Shown here in pieces: positions 45,816 through 55,562 of a stretch of 64,000 nucleotides of DNA (positions within the stretch are counted from its first letter, which is position 1; the number at the start of each line of letters is the position of its first letter). The stretch lies in the sequence record LC592711.1; one strand, 5' to 3'. The notes below the pieces were generated by a model, which did not search any database, was not told the origin of the DNA, and saw only the letters and a list, made by a program, of their open reading frames with translations. A program made the position numbers and the translations under genes.

Positions 45816-47126
45816 TCAGTGTCCGTCCTTCTTCAAGTCAACGTGGTTGCCGCTACGGTTGTTGAAAGCCAACACGTATTGGGCAAGATTGATGAACGAG
45901 TTCACCACCCCATCCACCAGGCCGTAATACATCAGAGCAGGCTGGTCCATCGTCTTCTGGAAGAACTTCAGATCGTAAAGCATGATGTCACGGTCGTTCT
46001 TCTTCTCTTTGGTGGAGAAGAGGTTTGCGCCGATCTTCTTGATCTTGGCTTCCATGCCCTTGATGAATGCTTCCTTGTCAACCTGATACTGCTTGACCTT
46101 ATCTGCGCACGCTTTCAGCTGCGAGTTCAGATACTGGATGTTTTCGATGAGTTTGTCGGGATTGGCGAAATCGCCTTCGAGCACAGCGTACTTGTTCAAG
46201 TTGATGATGCCTTCGACTTTCGTCTTCTGGATCTTCAGGCCGTCGACCCAACGCAAGTTCTGCTTCATCACGTCATCGCTCTTCGCATCGTACTTCGGAG
46301 GCGGGAGCATCTGAACAGTCACGAAGGTGTTGTCGCCGAATTCTTCCGACGCATACACCTTGAGTTCACCATTCTTGCCGCGAGCAGCGGTGAGAACTTT
46401 ACCCTCACGGGTTTCCTCGAAAGGAACCGGCATCGAGTCGTCAGTCGGTTTATCGCCAAGCATGCTTTCTTTGGCCTTGCGGTTCATCTCATGCTGGGCA
46501 CCAAACACCTTCAGCATTTCAGAACCGATCTTGCCGAGGTACGGACCATCCATGATGCCGTGGGTGGTCACGATATGCTTGAGGATCTCCGGCTTGGACA
46601 AATCGCACTTGGTGTAAAAGCCATTGGAGCCAATCGGATACGGACCATCTTTCTTCTGCTCGTCGGTCTTTTTCTCGTTAGCAGCTTTGACTTCTTCAGC
46701 TTTGTGCTTCAGATCCGCGGTCTTTTCTTCGTGGTCCTTGTTGCGCGTGAAGATACGCTTAATCAGGCCCCACACCCACTGGAACGCTTTCTTGATCGCA
46801 TTGATGATCGACATGAAAACGTTCTTGATTCCTTCACCGAATCCTTCGAGAGCGGCATGACTAATGTCGTGCGTCTTGAAGGACTGCAAGTCAGGAATCA
46901 CTTTGTTCGGTTCACCGCCAATGCGACCCAGACGCAGGAAGCATTCAACGGAGTGCTGGACGAGTTTGTACGCTGTCTCATCGAGTCCCTTATCGCCGTC
47001 GGTCATCAGTTCCTGGGTATAGGTGAGACTTTCCAGAGTCTGAATAGCCGTTTCGACTTTCTCGTTATCGTGAGCATAAGCCTGGAGGTCCAGATCCAAG
47101 CTGTCGCTATAGGTGAGTGAGCTCAT
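45816..47126 (-). CDS. Internal head (ejection-type) protein, phiKZ paralog family
   Basis: AALE cleavage-type motif followed by amphipathic IKNVFMSIINAIKKAFQWVWGLIKRIF. Confidence 0.72.
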   Translation of the reverse strand: MSSLTYSDSLDLDLQAYAHDNEKVETAIQTLESLTYTQELMTDGDKGLDETAYKLVQHSVECFLRLGRIGGEPNKVIPDLQSFKTHDISHAALEGFGEGIKNVFMSIINAIKKAFQWVWGLIKRIFTRNKDHEEKTADLKHKAEEVKAANEKKTDEQKKDGPYPIGSNGFYTKCDLSKPEILKHIVTTHGIMDGPYLGKIGSEMLKVFGAQHEMNRKAKESMLGDKPTDDSMPVPFEETREGKVLTAARGKNGELKVYASEEFGDNTFVTVQMLPPPKYDAKSDDVMKQNLRWVDGLKIQKTKVEGIINLNKYAVLEGDFANPDKLIENIQYLNSQLKACADKVKQYQVDKEAFIKGMEAKIKKIGANLFSTKEKKNDRDIMLYDLKFFQKTMDQPALMYYGLVDGVVNSFINLAQYVLAFNNRSGNHVDLKKDGH

Positions 47127-47153
47127 CGGATTCCTTAATTAGACGTCATAAGA

Positions 47154-47187
47154 GAATACTCAGGAGCCCGAAGGCTCCCGAGTATTC
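47154..47187 (-). terminator. Stem-loop, UUCG loop
   Basis: GAATACTC-AGGAGCC-cgaa-GGCTCC-CGAGTATTC. Confidence 0.65.
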
Positions 47188-47231
47188 CCAGTGACAACTA
47201 ACCGAAGTCAGTTACCGGCACGAAACGAGGA

Positions 47232-48548
47232 TTACTCCTTGTTTTCGTACTGGCGTGCCGACAGTTCAGCGTACTGCAGCGATGCGCTCATGCCGCGGAT
47301 CGAGTGCGAAGCGAACGAAGCCGCCGGCTCGTCCATCAGCTTGCGGAACAGCGTTGCCGAAGCCTTCGCCTTCTTCTCGGCGTCGCCCTTCGAATCGCCG
47401 CCTTCGCGCGATTGACCGGCCGCGAACTTTTCGAGCTTCGCGATGAACTTCGCCTTGTTGTTGTTGATGTCGGTGAGGTTGCGCTTGTACTCGCTCACTT
47501 CACCGGCGAACTTCTCGATCGCTTCCGCGAAGCCGCGGATTTCGTCCGGCGTCAGGACCTTCAGCGTCTTGCCTTCGTCCTTCTTGTCGGACAGCGAGAC
47601 CGAGCCGGCCTTGACCTTGTTCGCAGCTTCTTGAGCAGCCTTCACGTCGGCGCCGCCTTGTGCCTTCGGCACTGCGATGTACACGACGGATTCGCCCGGG
47701 AAGCGCGAGGTCACGAACACAGCGACGTCGCTTTCAGCCGTCACGCGCTTGGCCGTACCGGCGTCAGCTTGCTTCAGGCCGTATTCAGCCGGCGACACGC
47801 CTTCCGTACGGTCGTTCGCGAGGTCCGTTGCCTTGCCGAAGACGTCCGAGAACGCCTTTTGCTGGCTGAACAGCTTCTTCGCTTCAGCAGCCAGACCTTG
47901 CAGGTCGGCGGTCTTGACCGGCTGGCCGTTCACGCGCACGCTGTTGTACAGCGAGTCGTTTTCGAGGTTCGGCTCGGTAGCCTGGCCCGACAGCTTCGTG
48001 GTCGATTCCTTCAGCTTCTGAGCACGCGATTGCAGACGCTCGGCCGCGCCGAAGATCTTGTTGAAGAAGTTGCGGACCCACTCGATCGACTTCTTGATCG
48101 CGTCGACGATCGATTGCCAGATCTTCTTGGCGGAGATTTCGAGCGCTTCGACCGTGGCCTTGCCCAGTGCCGCGCGGTTCGTGCGCGTACGGAACGATTC
48201 CGACGACGGGATGCCGAGTTGCTTGTACGTCACGCCGATGCGTGCGACCTTGAGCAGCGTTTCGACGGACGTTTCGATGATCTCGGCCGTGTTCTCGTCG
48301 ATGCCTTCGCCTTCGTTCGCTTCCGCGACTTGTTCGGCGATGGTTTCCAGGCCGTCGGCTGCAACAGCAGCTGCGTCGATCTGATCGTTGCCCGTGTTGA
48401 TCGCTGCTTCGTCGGCGTTGATTTCGCTGACGGCCGATGCCAGGGTGTTGGTTTCGTCCGGAGCGATTGCGTCAGCGCCGGTCATGGTGTCTGCGGCGTC
48501 GAAGTTTTCGTTCGAGTGCAGGATGCCGCTTTGCGGAAGGAAAGACAT
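47232..48548 (-). CDS. Abundant internal head protein, phiKZ paralog family
   Basis: Acidic propeptide with SNE/SSE/ALE motifs, then AKKIWQSIVDAIKKSIEWVRNFFNKIFG; strong codon bias. Confidence 0.78.
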   Translation of the reverse strand: MSFLPQSGILHSNENFDAADTMTGADAIAPDETNTLASAVSEINADEAAINTGNDQIDAAAVAADGLETIAEQVAEANEGEGIDENTAEIIETSVETLLKVARIGVTYKQLGIPSSESFRTRTNRAALGKATVEALEISAKKIWQSIVDAIKKSIEWVRNFFNKIFGAAERLQSRAQKLKESTTKLSGQATEPNLENDSLYNSVRVNGQPVKTADLQGLAAEAKKLFSQQKAFSDVFGKATDLANDRTEGVSPAEYGLKQADAGTAKRVTAESDVAVFVTSRFPGESVVYIAVPKAQGGADVKAAQEAANKVKAGSVSLSDKKDEGKTLKVLTPDEIRGFAEAIEKFAGEVSEYKRNLTDINNNKAKFIAKLEKFAAGQSREGGDSKGDAEKKAKASATLFRKLMDEPAASFASHSIRGMSASLQYAELSARQYENKE

Positions 48549-48680
48549 GTTGGATTACTCCATTGCAATGAAGGTTACTAAGAGGCCCTTAGTTTAAAAC
48601 ACCTACTCTCGTAGGATCCTGAAAAACGTGCATTCTAAACTATATGCCTAAAATACACGTTTTAGTTTCTCACCAAACAA

Positions 48681-49265
48681 TTAAGAGCCAAAGAACACGC
48701 GAAGGGTGAAAAGCATATCGCTCAAACCATCCCGTTGTCCCAGCCATGTACGCAGGAAGTCCCGGATGAGAACGGGTTCGTTGTTGTAGCGCCCCAAGAG
48801 GAACTCGCGTGTTGCGATCCCAATCGTCCAGGCATTGTGCTTACCGATGTCCAGTGTGTCCACATAGATCATCGGATGATACTTCCGGAACCCCGTGTAC
48901 ACGTAGCAGACCGTCTCGTCAACGAAACGATTTTGCATCGTGTCAAAATATGGGTTCTGTTTCTGTTTTTCGATCCATTCGTTGATGGTCAAGGTGCCAA
49001 ACGAGCCGAGGGCAGCTCGATACAGGCGTTCGCGAAAAGCGAAATCCCGCTTGAGCATGTCCTCGTGCTTCGTGACCTCTTTCCAGAGTTCCTCGATGTC
49101 CGCGTTCGGAGTGAGGTCATTAGCCTCAGACTCCAAAGTGATACGCCGAGTTGCGGCACCTATAAGATCCACCTGAATGGGTTTGTTCACCTGAGCCTTA
49201 CGGTACTCGATGGGGGCACCGAGAAAACCGTTCGGATAGAGTTTCAACCCACCGAAGATCTTCAT
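48681..49265 (-). CDS. Putative virion head protein
   Basis: 194 aa in head block. Confidence 0.58.
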   Translation of the reverse strand: MKIFGGLKLYPNGFLGAPIEYRKAQVNKPIQVDLIGAATRRITLESEANDLTPNADIEELWKEVTKHEDMLKRDFAFRERLYRAALGSFGTLTINEWIEKQKQNPYFDTMQNRFVDETVCYVYTGFRKYHPMIYVDTLDIGKHNAWTIGIATREFLLGRYNNEPVLIRDFLRTWLGQRDGLSDMLFTLRVFFGS

Positions 49266-50155
49266 TACTGCATCTCCTCTTCGGCCTTGTTGATTTTGTA
49301 AATCAAGCCTTCCGACTTATCGCGCAGGAGTTTGATCTCCTTCTCGACTTGCGGGTTGGACTTGCCGGCTTGCGCTTCTTCCAGCAACAGGATACGCGAC
49401 TGGATGCGACGCAGGTCTTCCTGCGCCTCTTTGTAGCGCCATGCCTGGAACTCGACGATCCACTTGCCGATATGGAAGAACGGGTTCAGGCTGACCGGGA
49501 TGAAGCCCATCTTGAACGGGTCCATCTTCAGACGGCCGAAGAGCGCGTTGTTGTCGTCGCTTTCCACGTCGACCTTCACGTTCGGGATCTCGTCGAACTT
49601 CGACTTGAACTTGTCGTCCGACAGCGCTTCGAGGGTTTCCAGGAAGAACGGGAAACGTGCGTCGACCCAGGCAGCTTCGCCCTTGGACATGTTCTCCTTC
49701 TGGTAGTCCTCGTACATGCCGATGGCTTCGGTTTCGTAGATCGTGACTGCCTCGACGAACTTGCGAAGGAAACGATTCAGGAACGAAGCGTTGTCCACCA
49801 GTTGCATCATGACAGCCGAGCGATGGTCGATCGTGGCCTGCGACACCGTTTCGGGCATCGACTTGCGGATTTCCTGAGCCAGGATATCCAGGTTCTTCTG
49901 AACCTTATGCAGACGATCCTTCAGGTCTTCGATCACGCTCGCGTTGCGTCCCAGGCGGAATGCTTCGCGATACTTCTCTTCGTAACCGAGGACCATTTCC
50001 GACTTGGCCTTGCGGGTTTTGAACGCCGCAGCAGCGGTGTTGTAGATCGGCATGACCTTGGTGCTCAGATCTTGCTGAACCACTTCCAGCGAGGCCAGTA
50101 CTTCATCCTTGCTGGTCACACCTTTGAGCGACTTGACGTATGCGTTGATATTCAT
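49265..50155 (-). CDS. Putative virion head/inner-body protein
   Basis: 296 aa, helical, strong codon bias, head block. Confidence 0.62.
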   Translation of the reverse strand: MNINAYVKSLKGVTSKDEVLASLEVVQQDLSTKVMPIYNTAAAAFKTRKAKSEMVLGYEEKYREAFRLGRNASVIEDLKDRLHKVQKNLDILAQEIRKSMPETVSQATIDHRSAVMMQLVDNASFLNRFLRKFVEAVTIYETEAIGMYEDYQKENMSKGEAAWVDARFPFFLETLEALSDDKFKSKFDEIPNVKVDVESDDNNALFGRLKMDPFKMGFIPVSLNPFFHIGKWIVEFQAWRYKEAQEDLRRIQSRILLLEEAQAGKSNPQVEKEIKLLRDKSEGLIYKINKAEEEMQ

Positions 50156-50171
50156 GTTGGCGGCCTTGCTG

Positions 50172-51272
50172 TTAGAAGCTCGGAGCGTTGCCGAGCTGGT
50201 AAGCTTTCAGAATATCGGTGATCGAGGCGCTTTCCTTCTGGTTGGCCGCCTTGCACTCGCGGATCGACAGATCCGACACCGACGGGATACCGGTCGTGTA
50301 GAACTGCACACGGTCGTATTCCGTATCCATCACGGCCACGATGAACAGCCCCGTTGCATCGAACAGCTTCTGGCGAGCCTTGAAGTTGCTGAACTTGTCG
50401 TTCATCGCCAGTTCGACCTTCTTGATGGTTTCCGTCGTGGTCACCACCAGGTTCGTCGAGTTTGCCACCGACGGGTTGAGCGAGAGCAGGCCGGAGAGCT
50501 TGTTGCCGCGACGCTGGTTGGCCAGTGCCGTGTACACGCCCGACTTGTCTTGCATCAGGTTCTTCTTGTGTTCCTTCACGAGATCGCGCGCCGTGAGCAG
50601 ATCGACCAGGTTGATCTGGCCGCTGCGGTACTTGATCCAGCGCGAGGACACATCGTTGTCGACATGACCCGTCGAGAGCAGCTTCGAGAGCAGATCCGGA
50701 ACCATCGTCGAGGCTTGCAGACGAATGAGAACCGGGAGCGTGCCCTTGTTGCCGCCAGCGGAGATCTGAACTTCCAGCAGCTTGCCGACAGACAGATTGC
50801 TCGCTTCCTTGATCACTTCCGTCGAACGCGATGCCAGACCACCCGGTTCCGAGATTTCATTCTCGCCGCCGAGCATCTGCGAAGCTTCGTTCGAAATCGA
50901 CTTGAACGACGGCAAACGATGCTTGAAGCTTTCGTTGGACATCGTCCAGATCGCGCCGGCAGTGTCGATGGCGCTGTCTTTCGGATTGCGGTTGGGATTG
51001 AGCTTGTCCAGGTGACGAGCCACTGCGATGTTGTCGATGCTTGCCTGGAGCATGTTCCAGGACAGCAGATAGTATGCCGAAAAAGCCGAATGCAGTGACT
51101 GGGTCACTGTGGGCGTATTTTCGTTGAAGAGCACACTGGAGTCGACGATCATCAGGGGTTCGACGCGGACATTGCGCGTGTAGTCGACGTACGAATCGGC
51201 AGTGCCGGAACGCATTGCGTCGATTACTTTGCCAGCGGTAACGAGGCCGGCTTCTCCAAGCTTTTCAAGCAT
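50172..51272 (-). CDS. Putative virion head/inner-body protein
   Basis: Start moved to MLEKLGE (GAGGA RBS); SNE motifs; strong codon bias. Confidence 0.65.
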   Translation of the reverse strand: MLEKLGEAGLVTAGKVIDAMRSGTADSYVDYTRNVRVEPLMIVDSSVLFNENTPTVTQSLHSAFSAYYLLSWNMLQASIDNIAVARHLDKLNPNRNPKDSAIDTAGAIWTMSNESFKHRLPSFKSISNEASQMLGGENEISEPGGLASRSTEVIKEASNLSVGKLLEVQISAGGNKGTLPVLIRLQASTMVPDLLSKLLSTGHVDNDVSSRWIKYRSGQINLVDLLTARDLVKEHKKNLMQDKSGVYTALANQRRGNKLSGLLSLNPSVANSTNLVVTTTETIKKVELAMNDKFSNFKARQKLFDATGLFIVAVMDTEYDRVQFYTTGIPSVSDLSIRECKAANQKESASITDILKAYQLGNAPSF

Positions 51273-51304
51273 GATTTTATTCCTCGGGATAACAGGACTT
51301 TTAA

Positions 51305-52573
51305 ATGGATAACAGATTAGATCTAACGATCGACCAGATCTATTCACTCGGGAAAAACGGGTCGGAGACCTTGCAAGCCGGGTTGGATCGAATCTACAAT
51401 TCGACGCCTCTCGGTCCGTTGCCGAGTAACATGGTCAACACGATTTACGGTATCAACCACCGACAGACTCAGTTGGCTTTGCCTTTCAACCGCGACAATT
51501 ATGGTTTAACATTCTTTACGCGGCCGAGGTTGAACCTGACCACAAACAACATTCGTTTTGTTCGGCAAATGTATCCGTTGTTGAACACGGAGCCACGGTC
51601 TATTCAGCGGATCATCCGTTGCCTGCTGGATCCCTCACTGGCCTATCCAGACACGCAATACACTCAGATCCAACCTGTCAAGTCGCCCTATGTGGACGAC
51701 CTGAATATGTTTATTCCACTGCTGTCCAACCTCTGTCTGACTATTTCGGGGTGGCCTGATTACGTCGTCGATACGCATACGACGCCCGAGGGTCACTACC
51801 GGGAATCGCACAGCATGGTCGACAGCAGTATTGAAGTTAAAAACACATACGAATTGTCGGCTTCCTTTCGGAACATACCGAATAATCCGGTCACATTATT
51901 GTTTTATTTCTGGATCTTCTACGCATCGAAGGTCTTTGAAGGTGAAATGATTCCGTATGGCTCCTCGCTGTACGAAAATGAGATCGATTACAACACCCGA
52001 ATCTACCGTCTGGTGCTGGATCCGACCAAGCGTTACGTTCAGCATATCTTGTCGACCGGGGCGTCTTTCCCCCTCAATGCGCCGGTTGGTGCGCTGGGTA
52101 ACTTCGACCACGATCAGCCCTTCAATGAATCAGGGGATAACGTCAACATCCGCTTCCAATGTATCGGAATGGATTACAACGATCCGATCCAGATTCAGGA
52201 GTTTAACTCCGCTGTGACGATCATGAATCCTGGCATGGGCGATGGTTACCGTGACCAGTTCTACATCAAGATTCCTTACCAGATCCTCTCGTTCTTCAAT
52301 ATGCGTGGTTATCCTCGTATCGAGAAGAGCACGATGGAACTGGAATGGTACGTGTCCTACGCGATGTTCCAGTCGTATGCCGCTCAGTTGAGTGACTTCG
52401 CCAATATCCAGGGCATGCGCAACCAGACATTCTTGCAATATATTTCCGCAGGCGACACCTCTAATTATAAGAAAGCCTTGGAAGACCTGGATACCGAGAA
52501 CCTGAATCAGACGTTTAACGGCGGCATCATTAAAGCTGATGTCAACGCGAACTCTGGTTCCTCACAGACTTAA
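51305..52573 (+). CDS. Putative virion structural protein (tail tube/baseplate-related)
   Basis: 422 aa, divergent from head block, co-oriented with the 972-aa gene; function from context. Confidence 0.55.
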   Translation: MDNRLDLTIDQIYSLGKNGSETLQAGLDRIYNSTPLGPLPSNMVNTIYGINHRQTQLALPFNRDNYGLTFFTRPRLNLTTNNIRFVRQMYPLLNTEPRSIQRIIRCLLDPSLAYPDTQYTQIQPVKSPYVDDLNMFIPLLSNLCLTISGWPDYVVDTHTTPEGHYRESHSMVDSSIEVKNTYELSASFRNIPNNPVTLLFYFWIFYASKVFEGEMIPYGSSLYENEIDYNTRIYRLVLDPTKRYVQHILSTGASFPLNAPVGALGNFDHDQPFNESGDNVNIRFQCIGMDYNDPIQIQEFNSAVTIMNPGMGDGYRDQFYIKIPYQILSFFNMRGYPRIEKSTMELEWYVSYAMFQSYAAQLSDFANIQGMRNQTFLQYISAGDTSNYKKALEDLDTENLNQTFNGGIIKADVNANSGSSQT

Positions 52574-52587
52574 CTGGAGCCATTTTA

Positions 52588-55506
52588 ATGGGCACTATCC
52601 GTGACATCATGAACGACGCGCTGGCGGCGTCCTATGACCCTAGCGGTCAGTTCAGAGCGTCGATGCGCACGCTCGTAGCAATCATGAATGGGGAGATCGA
52701 TGACGTCTCTCCAGCCAACCCCGTGGTGATGACCATCGAGAACACGGGCGCGTTGATCGCGGCGTTCACTGAGAGCATGCAGACTCAGACTCAGCGACTC
52801 TTGCAGGTGAACGCTCTGACGCCTGAGGACCTCTATCCTCACATGGCGGACGTACACTTCACCAACATCTTCAACCTGCCGGCCAAGTCGACATTCACTC
52901 TGATTCTGGATAAGAAAGAGATCCTGAACCAGATGAAGCCGATTCCTGGCACGATGTCGAGCAAGGTGACGATTCCTCGCAACTCGTACTTTACGGTCTC
53001 GGATTATGTCTTCGGTATTCACTATCCGATCGATATCATCCAGCAGGTGCATGGCGGCATTCGTGTTCAGTATGACACGAGTATGCCGACTGCTCTGGAA
53101 GCGTTGTCGACCAACATCCTGAATACGCGCGAAGTTCAGCGTGACGGGGTGACGTATCTGGCAATCGACATCGACGTCTTCCAGTTCGACATTGCGAGCA
53201 AGACACCGGTAGTGACGCAAGGTACTACCTTCAGCTTCAACGTGGCGATCACGGATCTGTATTACGCGACCCGTGTCTACATGACGAATGCTGACGGCTC
53301 GTACACCGAGATCCCGGTAACGTACAGCGAGAAGATCTATGACCCTCTCAAGCCGTGTGCTGTGGTGAAACTGAGTGATGGGAACGTCAATGTTTCCATC
53401 CCGCAGATCTACATCAACCAGGGCATCATTCTGGGCACGCTGCGCATCGATGTCTACACCACGAAGGGGCCTCTCCAGACCGATTTCTCCAGTTTCGCTA
53501 TTGGTTCGGTAGGATACCGCTTCAGAGACCTCGATAAGAACGCTGTAACGACGTATACGGCCCCGATGACGCAGTTGGATACCTGCATCATACTGGCGGA
53601 GCAGCCTGTCTCTGGCGGCGCTTTGGCGATGACCTTCGACGAGCTGCGCACAGCCGTGATTGCTGATGCGATTGGTGATCCGAACCTGCCGATCACGCCT
53701 GCCCAGATTCAGAACTTCATCACGCGTCTTGGCTACGACGTCATCAAGAATACCGACATCGTGACTGACCGAGTGTTCCTGGGCACGAAGAACATGCCGG
53801 ACCCGACTGATCCGTCTTTGCTCACTGCTGCGAACGCTTCTATCGAAACGATGAATGCGGCGTTCACCGATCTGATCGGTAACTCGGCCGTGATCGACAA
53901 CACAGCGGATTCGAACTCCATTACCTTGACGCCTAAGGCTATCTACCAGTTGGTCGATGGCATGCTCAAGCTGGTGGACGATTCGACTCTTGCTTCGATC
54001 AATGCAATGCGCAGCGATCTGAAGGCAACGTACATCACCAATGGCGGTTTCCTCTATTCACCGTACTACTACGTGCTGGATAAGAGCAACAACCAGTTCC
54101 GTCTTGCGCCTTACTACCTGGATAATCCTCAGGTGCTGTCGCAGACGTTCGTCGAAGACAATGAAGGTACGCTCCTGCAAGTCAACACCAACGGGTACAC
54201 GCTGGTGAAGACGGACTCGGGCTACACACTTCGTCTGACAGTCAAGTCCAATGACGACTACAAGGCTTTGCAGAACACGGACGTACAGTGTCTGCTGGGC
54301 TTTAAATCGCCCACGGAAGAAGATCCCTGCTGGCTCACGGGCACGCTTTACGGAACGGATCCCACGAGCAAGGAACGGATCTGGGAATTCGATCTCTCGT
54401 CCAAGTTCGCTATGGACGTCACCGATCGGATTGACTTCCGTAACTTCAAGATGTACGACACGACCGACAAGACGATCTTCGCAAGCCTCACGCAAGACTT
54501 CACGGTTATCTACGCGACTCAGTCGCAAATGGGTAACCTCTTCGTGCCTGGTCTGATCGACGCATTGCTTCCGCGTTATCTGGTCGGCCTGAATAGCAAG
54601 GCGATCTGTCAGGAGAAGCTGACGTTGCAGTTCGGCCAAGCTTTGTCCAACCTCTGGGCACGTGCTCGTTCGGTTGCTTCCACGATCGAATACGAAACGT
54701 ACCCGACTGACGTTATCCTGCGTTACACGGACGACGTCTGGAAGGTGGACCCGGCAACCAACAGCACGATCTTCATGGTCGACGGCAAGCCGACACGTAT
54801 TCTTCTGCATGCGAAGAATGATCCGATACTGGATGCCAATGGCAATCAGCAGGTTCAGTATCCGGCTGGCTCGATCGTGTATGACTACACGCAGAATCCG
54901 CCTGTGCCGATCGTCAAGAACGTTCGTTATCTGAAACATCGCTTCGAGCTCTTCCTGATCGAAGGCGTCTATGCGTTCAGTAACGACGACATCGCTGTTG
55001 CCTATCGTAATACTGTTGCTCAGACGGTGGCTTCGTGGGTGACAACCGACATGGTAAACGTTCAGAAGGCTTCGATGGATAAGACGCGAGTCTACTTCTA
55101 TCCGAAGACGATCTTCGGCACCATCGAGGTTGTGGTGGCCGATGGCATCATCCAGCAGATCTCGGCAGGTCAACGTTTCGACGTTGCTCTGACTGTGACC
55201 AAGGAAGTCTATCAGGACGACGTTAAACGTCAGCTGCTGACCAATCAGACTACGACGGTGATTGCCGCCTATCTGAAAGGCCAAACGCTTTCCAACAGCG
55301 ACATCGTGGAACAGCTTCGTGCAAGTTATGGCGAAGACGTTCTTGATGCTCAGGTATCGCTCTTTGGCGACGCTGCGAACATTCCGGTGATGCAGTTGGT
55401 CAATGAAGTTCACTGTTGCGGTATTCGTAAACGACTGGTGTCGCGTGACGACAACAAGCTGGTCGTGCAGGAAGACATCAACGTGACCTTCACGATGATT
55501 CAGTAA
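52588..55506 (+). CDS. Large virion structural protein (baseplate wedge-like)
   Basis: 972 aa, beta-rich composition, GGAG RBS; function from phiKZ-like synteny. Confidence 0.6.
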   Translation: MGTIRDIMNDALAASYDPSGQFRASMRTLVAIMNGEIDDVSPANPVVMTIENTGALIAAFTESMQTQTQRLLQVNALTPEDLYPHMADVHFTNIFNLPAKSTFTLILDKKEILNQMKPIPGTMSSKVTIPRNSYFTVSDYVFGIHYPIDIIQQVHGGIRVQYDTSMPTALEALSTNILNTREVQRDGVTYLAIDIDVFQFDIASKTPVVTQGTTFSFNVAITDLYYATRVYMTNADGSYTEIPVTYSEKIYDPLKPCAVVKLSDGNVNVSIPQIYINQGIILGTLRIDVYTTKGPLQTDFSSFAIGSVGYRFRDLDKNAVTTYTAPMTQLDTCIILAEQPVSGGALAMTFDELRTAVIADAIGDPNLPITPAQIQNFITRLGYDVIKNTDIVTDRVFLGTKNMPDPTDPSLLTAANASIETMNAAFTDLIGNSAVIDNTADSNSITLTPKAIYQLVDGMLKLVDDSTLASINAMRSDLKATYITNGGFLYSPYYYVLDKSNNQFRLAPYYLDNPQVLSQTFVEDNEGTLLQVNTNGYTLVKTDSGYTLRLTVKSNDDYKALQNTDVQCLLGFKSPTEEDPCWLTGTLYGTDPTSKERIWEFDLSSKFAMDVTDRIDFRNFKMYDTTDKTIFASLTQDFTVIYATQSQMGNLFVPGLIDALLPRYLVGLNSKAICQEKLTLQFGQALSNLWARARSVASTIEYETYPTDVILRYTDDVWKVDPATNSTIFMVDGKPTRILLHAKNDPILDANGNQQVQYPAGSIVYDYTQNPPVPIVKNVRYLKHRFELFLIEGVYAFSNDDIAVAYRNTVAQTVASWVTTDMVNVQKASMDKTRVYFYPKTIFGTIEVVVADGIIQQISAGQRFDVALTVTKEVYQDDVKRQLLTNQTTTVIAAYLKGQTLSNSDIVEQLRASYGEDVLDAQVSLFGDAANIPVMQLVNEVHCCGIRKRLVSRDDNKLVVQEDINVTFTMIQ

Positions 55507-55517
55507 CATAGATGAAC

Positions 55518-55551
55518 CATACACACCTGGGCTTACGCCCAGGTGTGTATG
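55518..55551. terminator. 15-bp stem-loop between convergent genes
   Basis: CATACACACCTGGGC-ttac-GCCCAGGTGTGTATG. Confidence 0.75.
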
Positions 55552-55562
55552 TGCTCTTTCGT

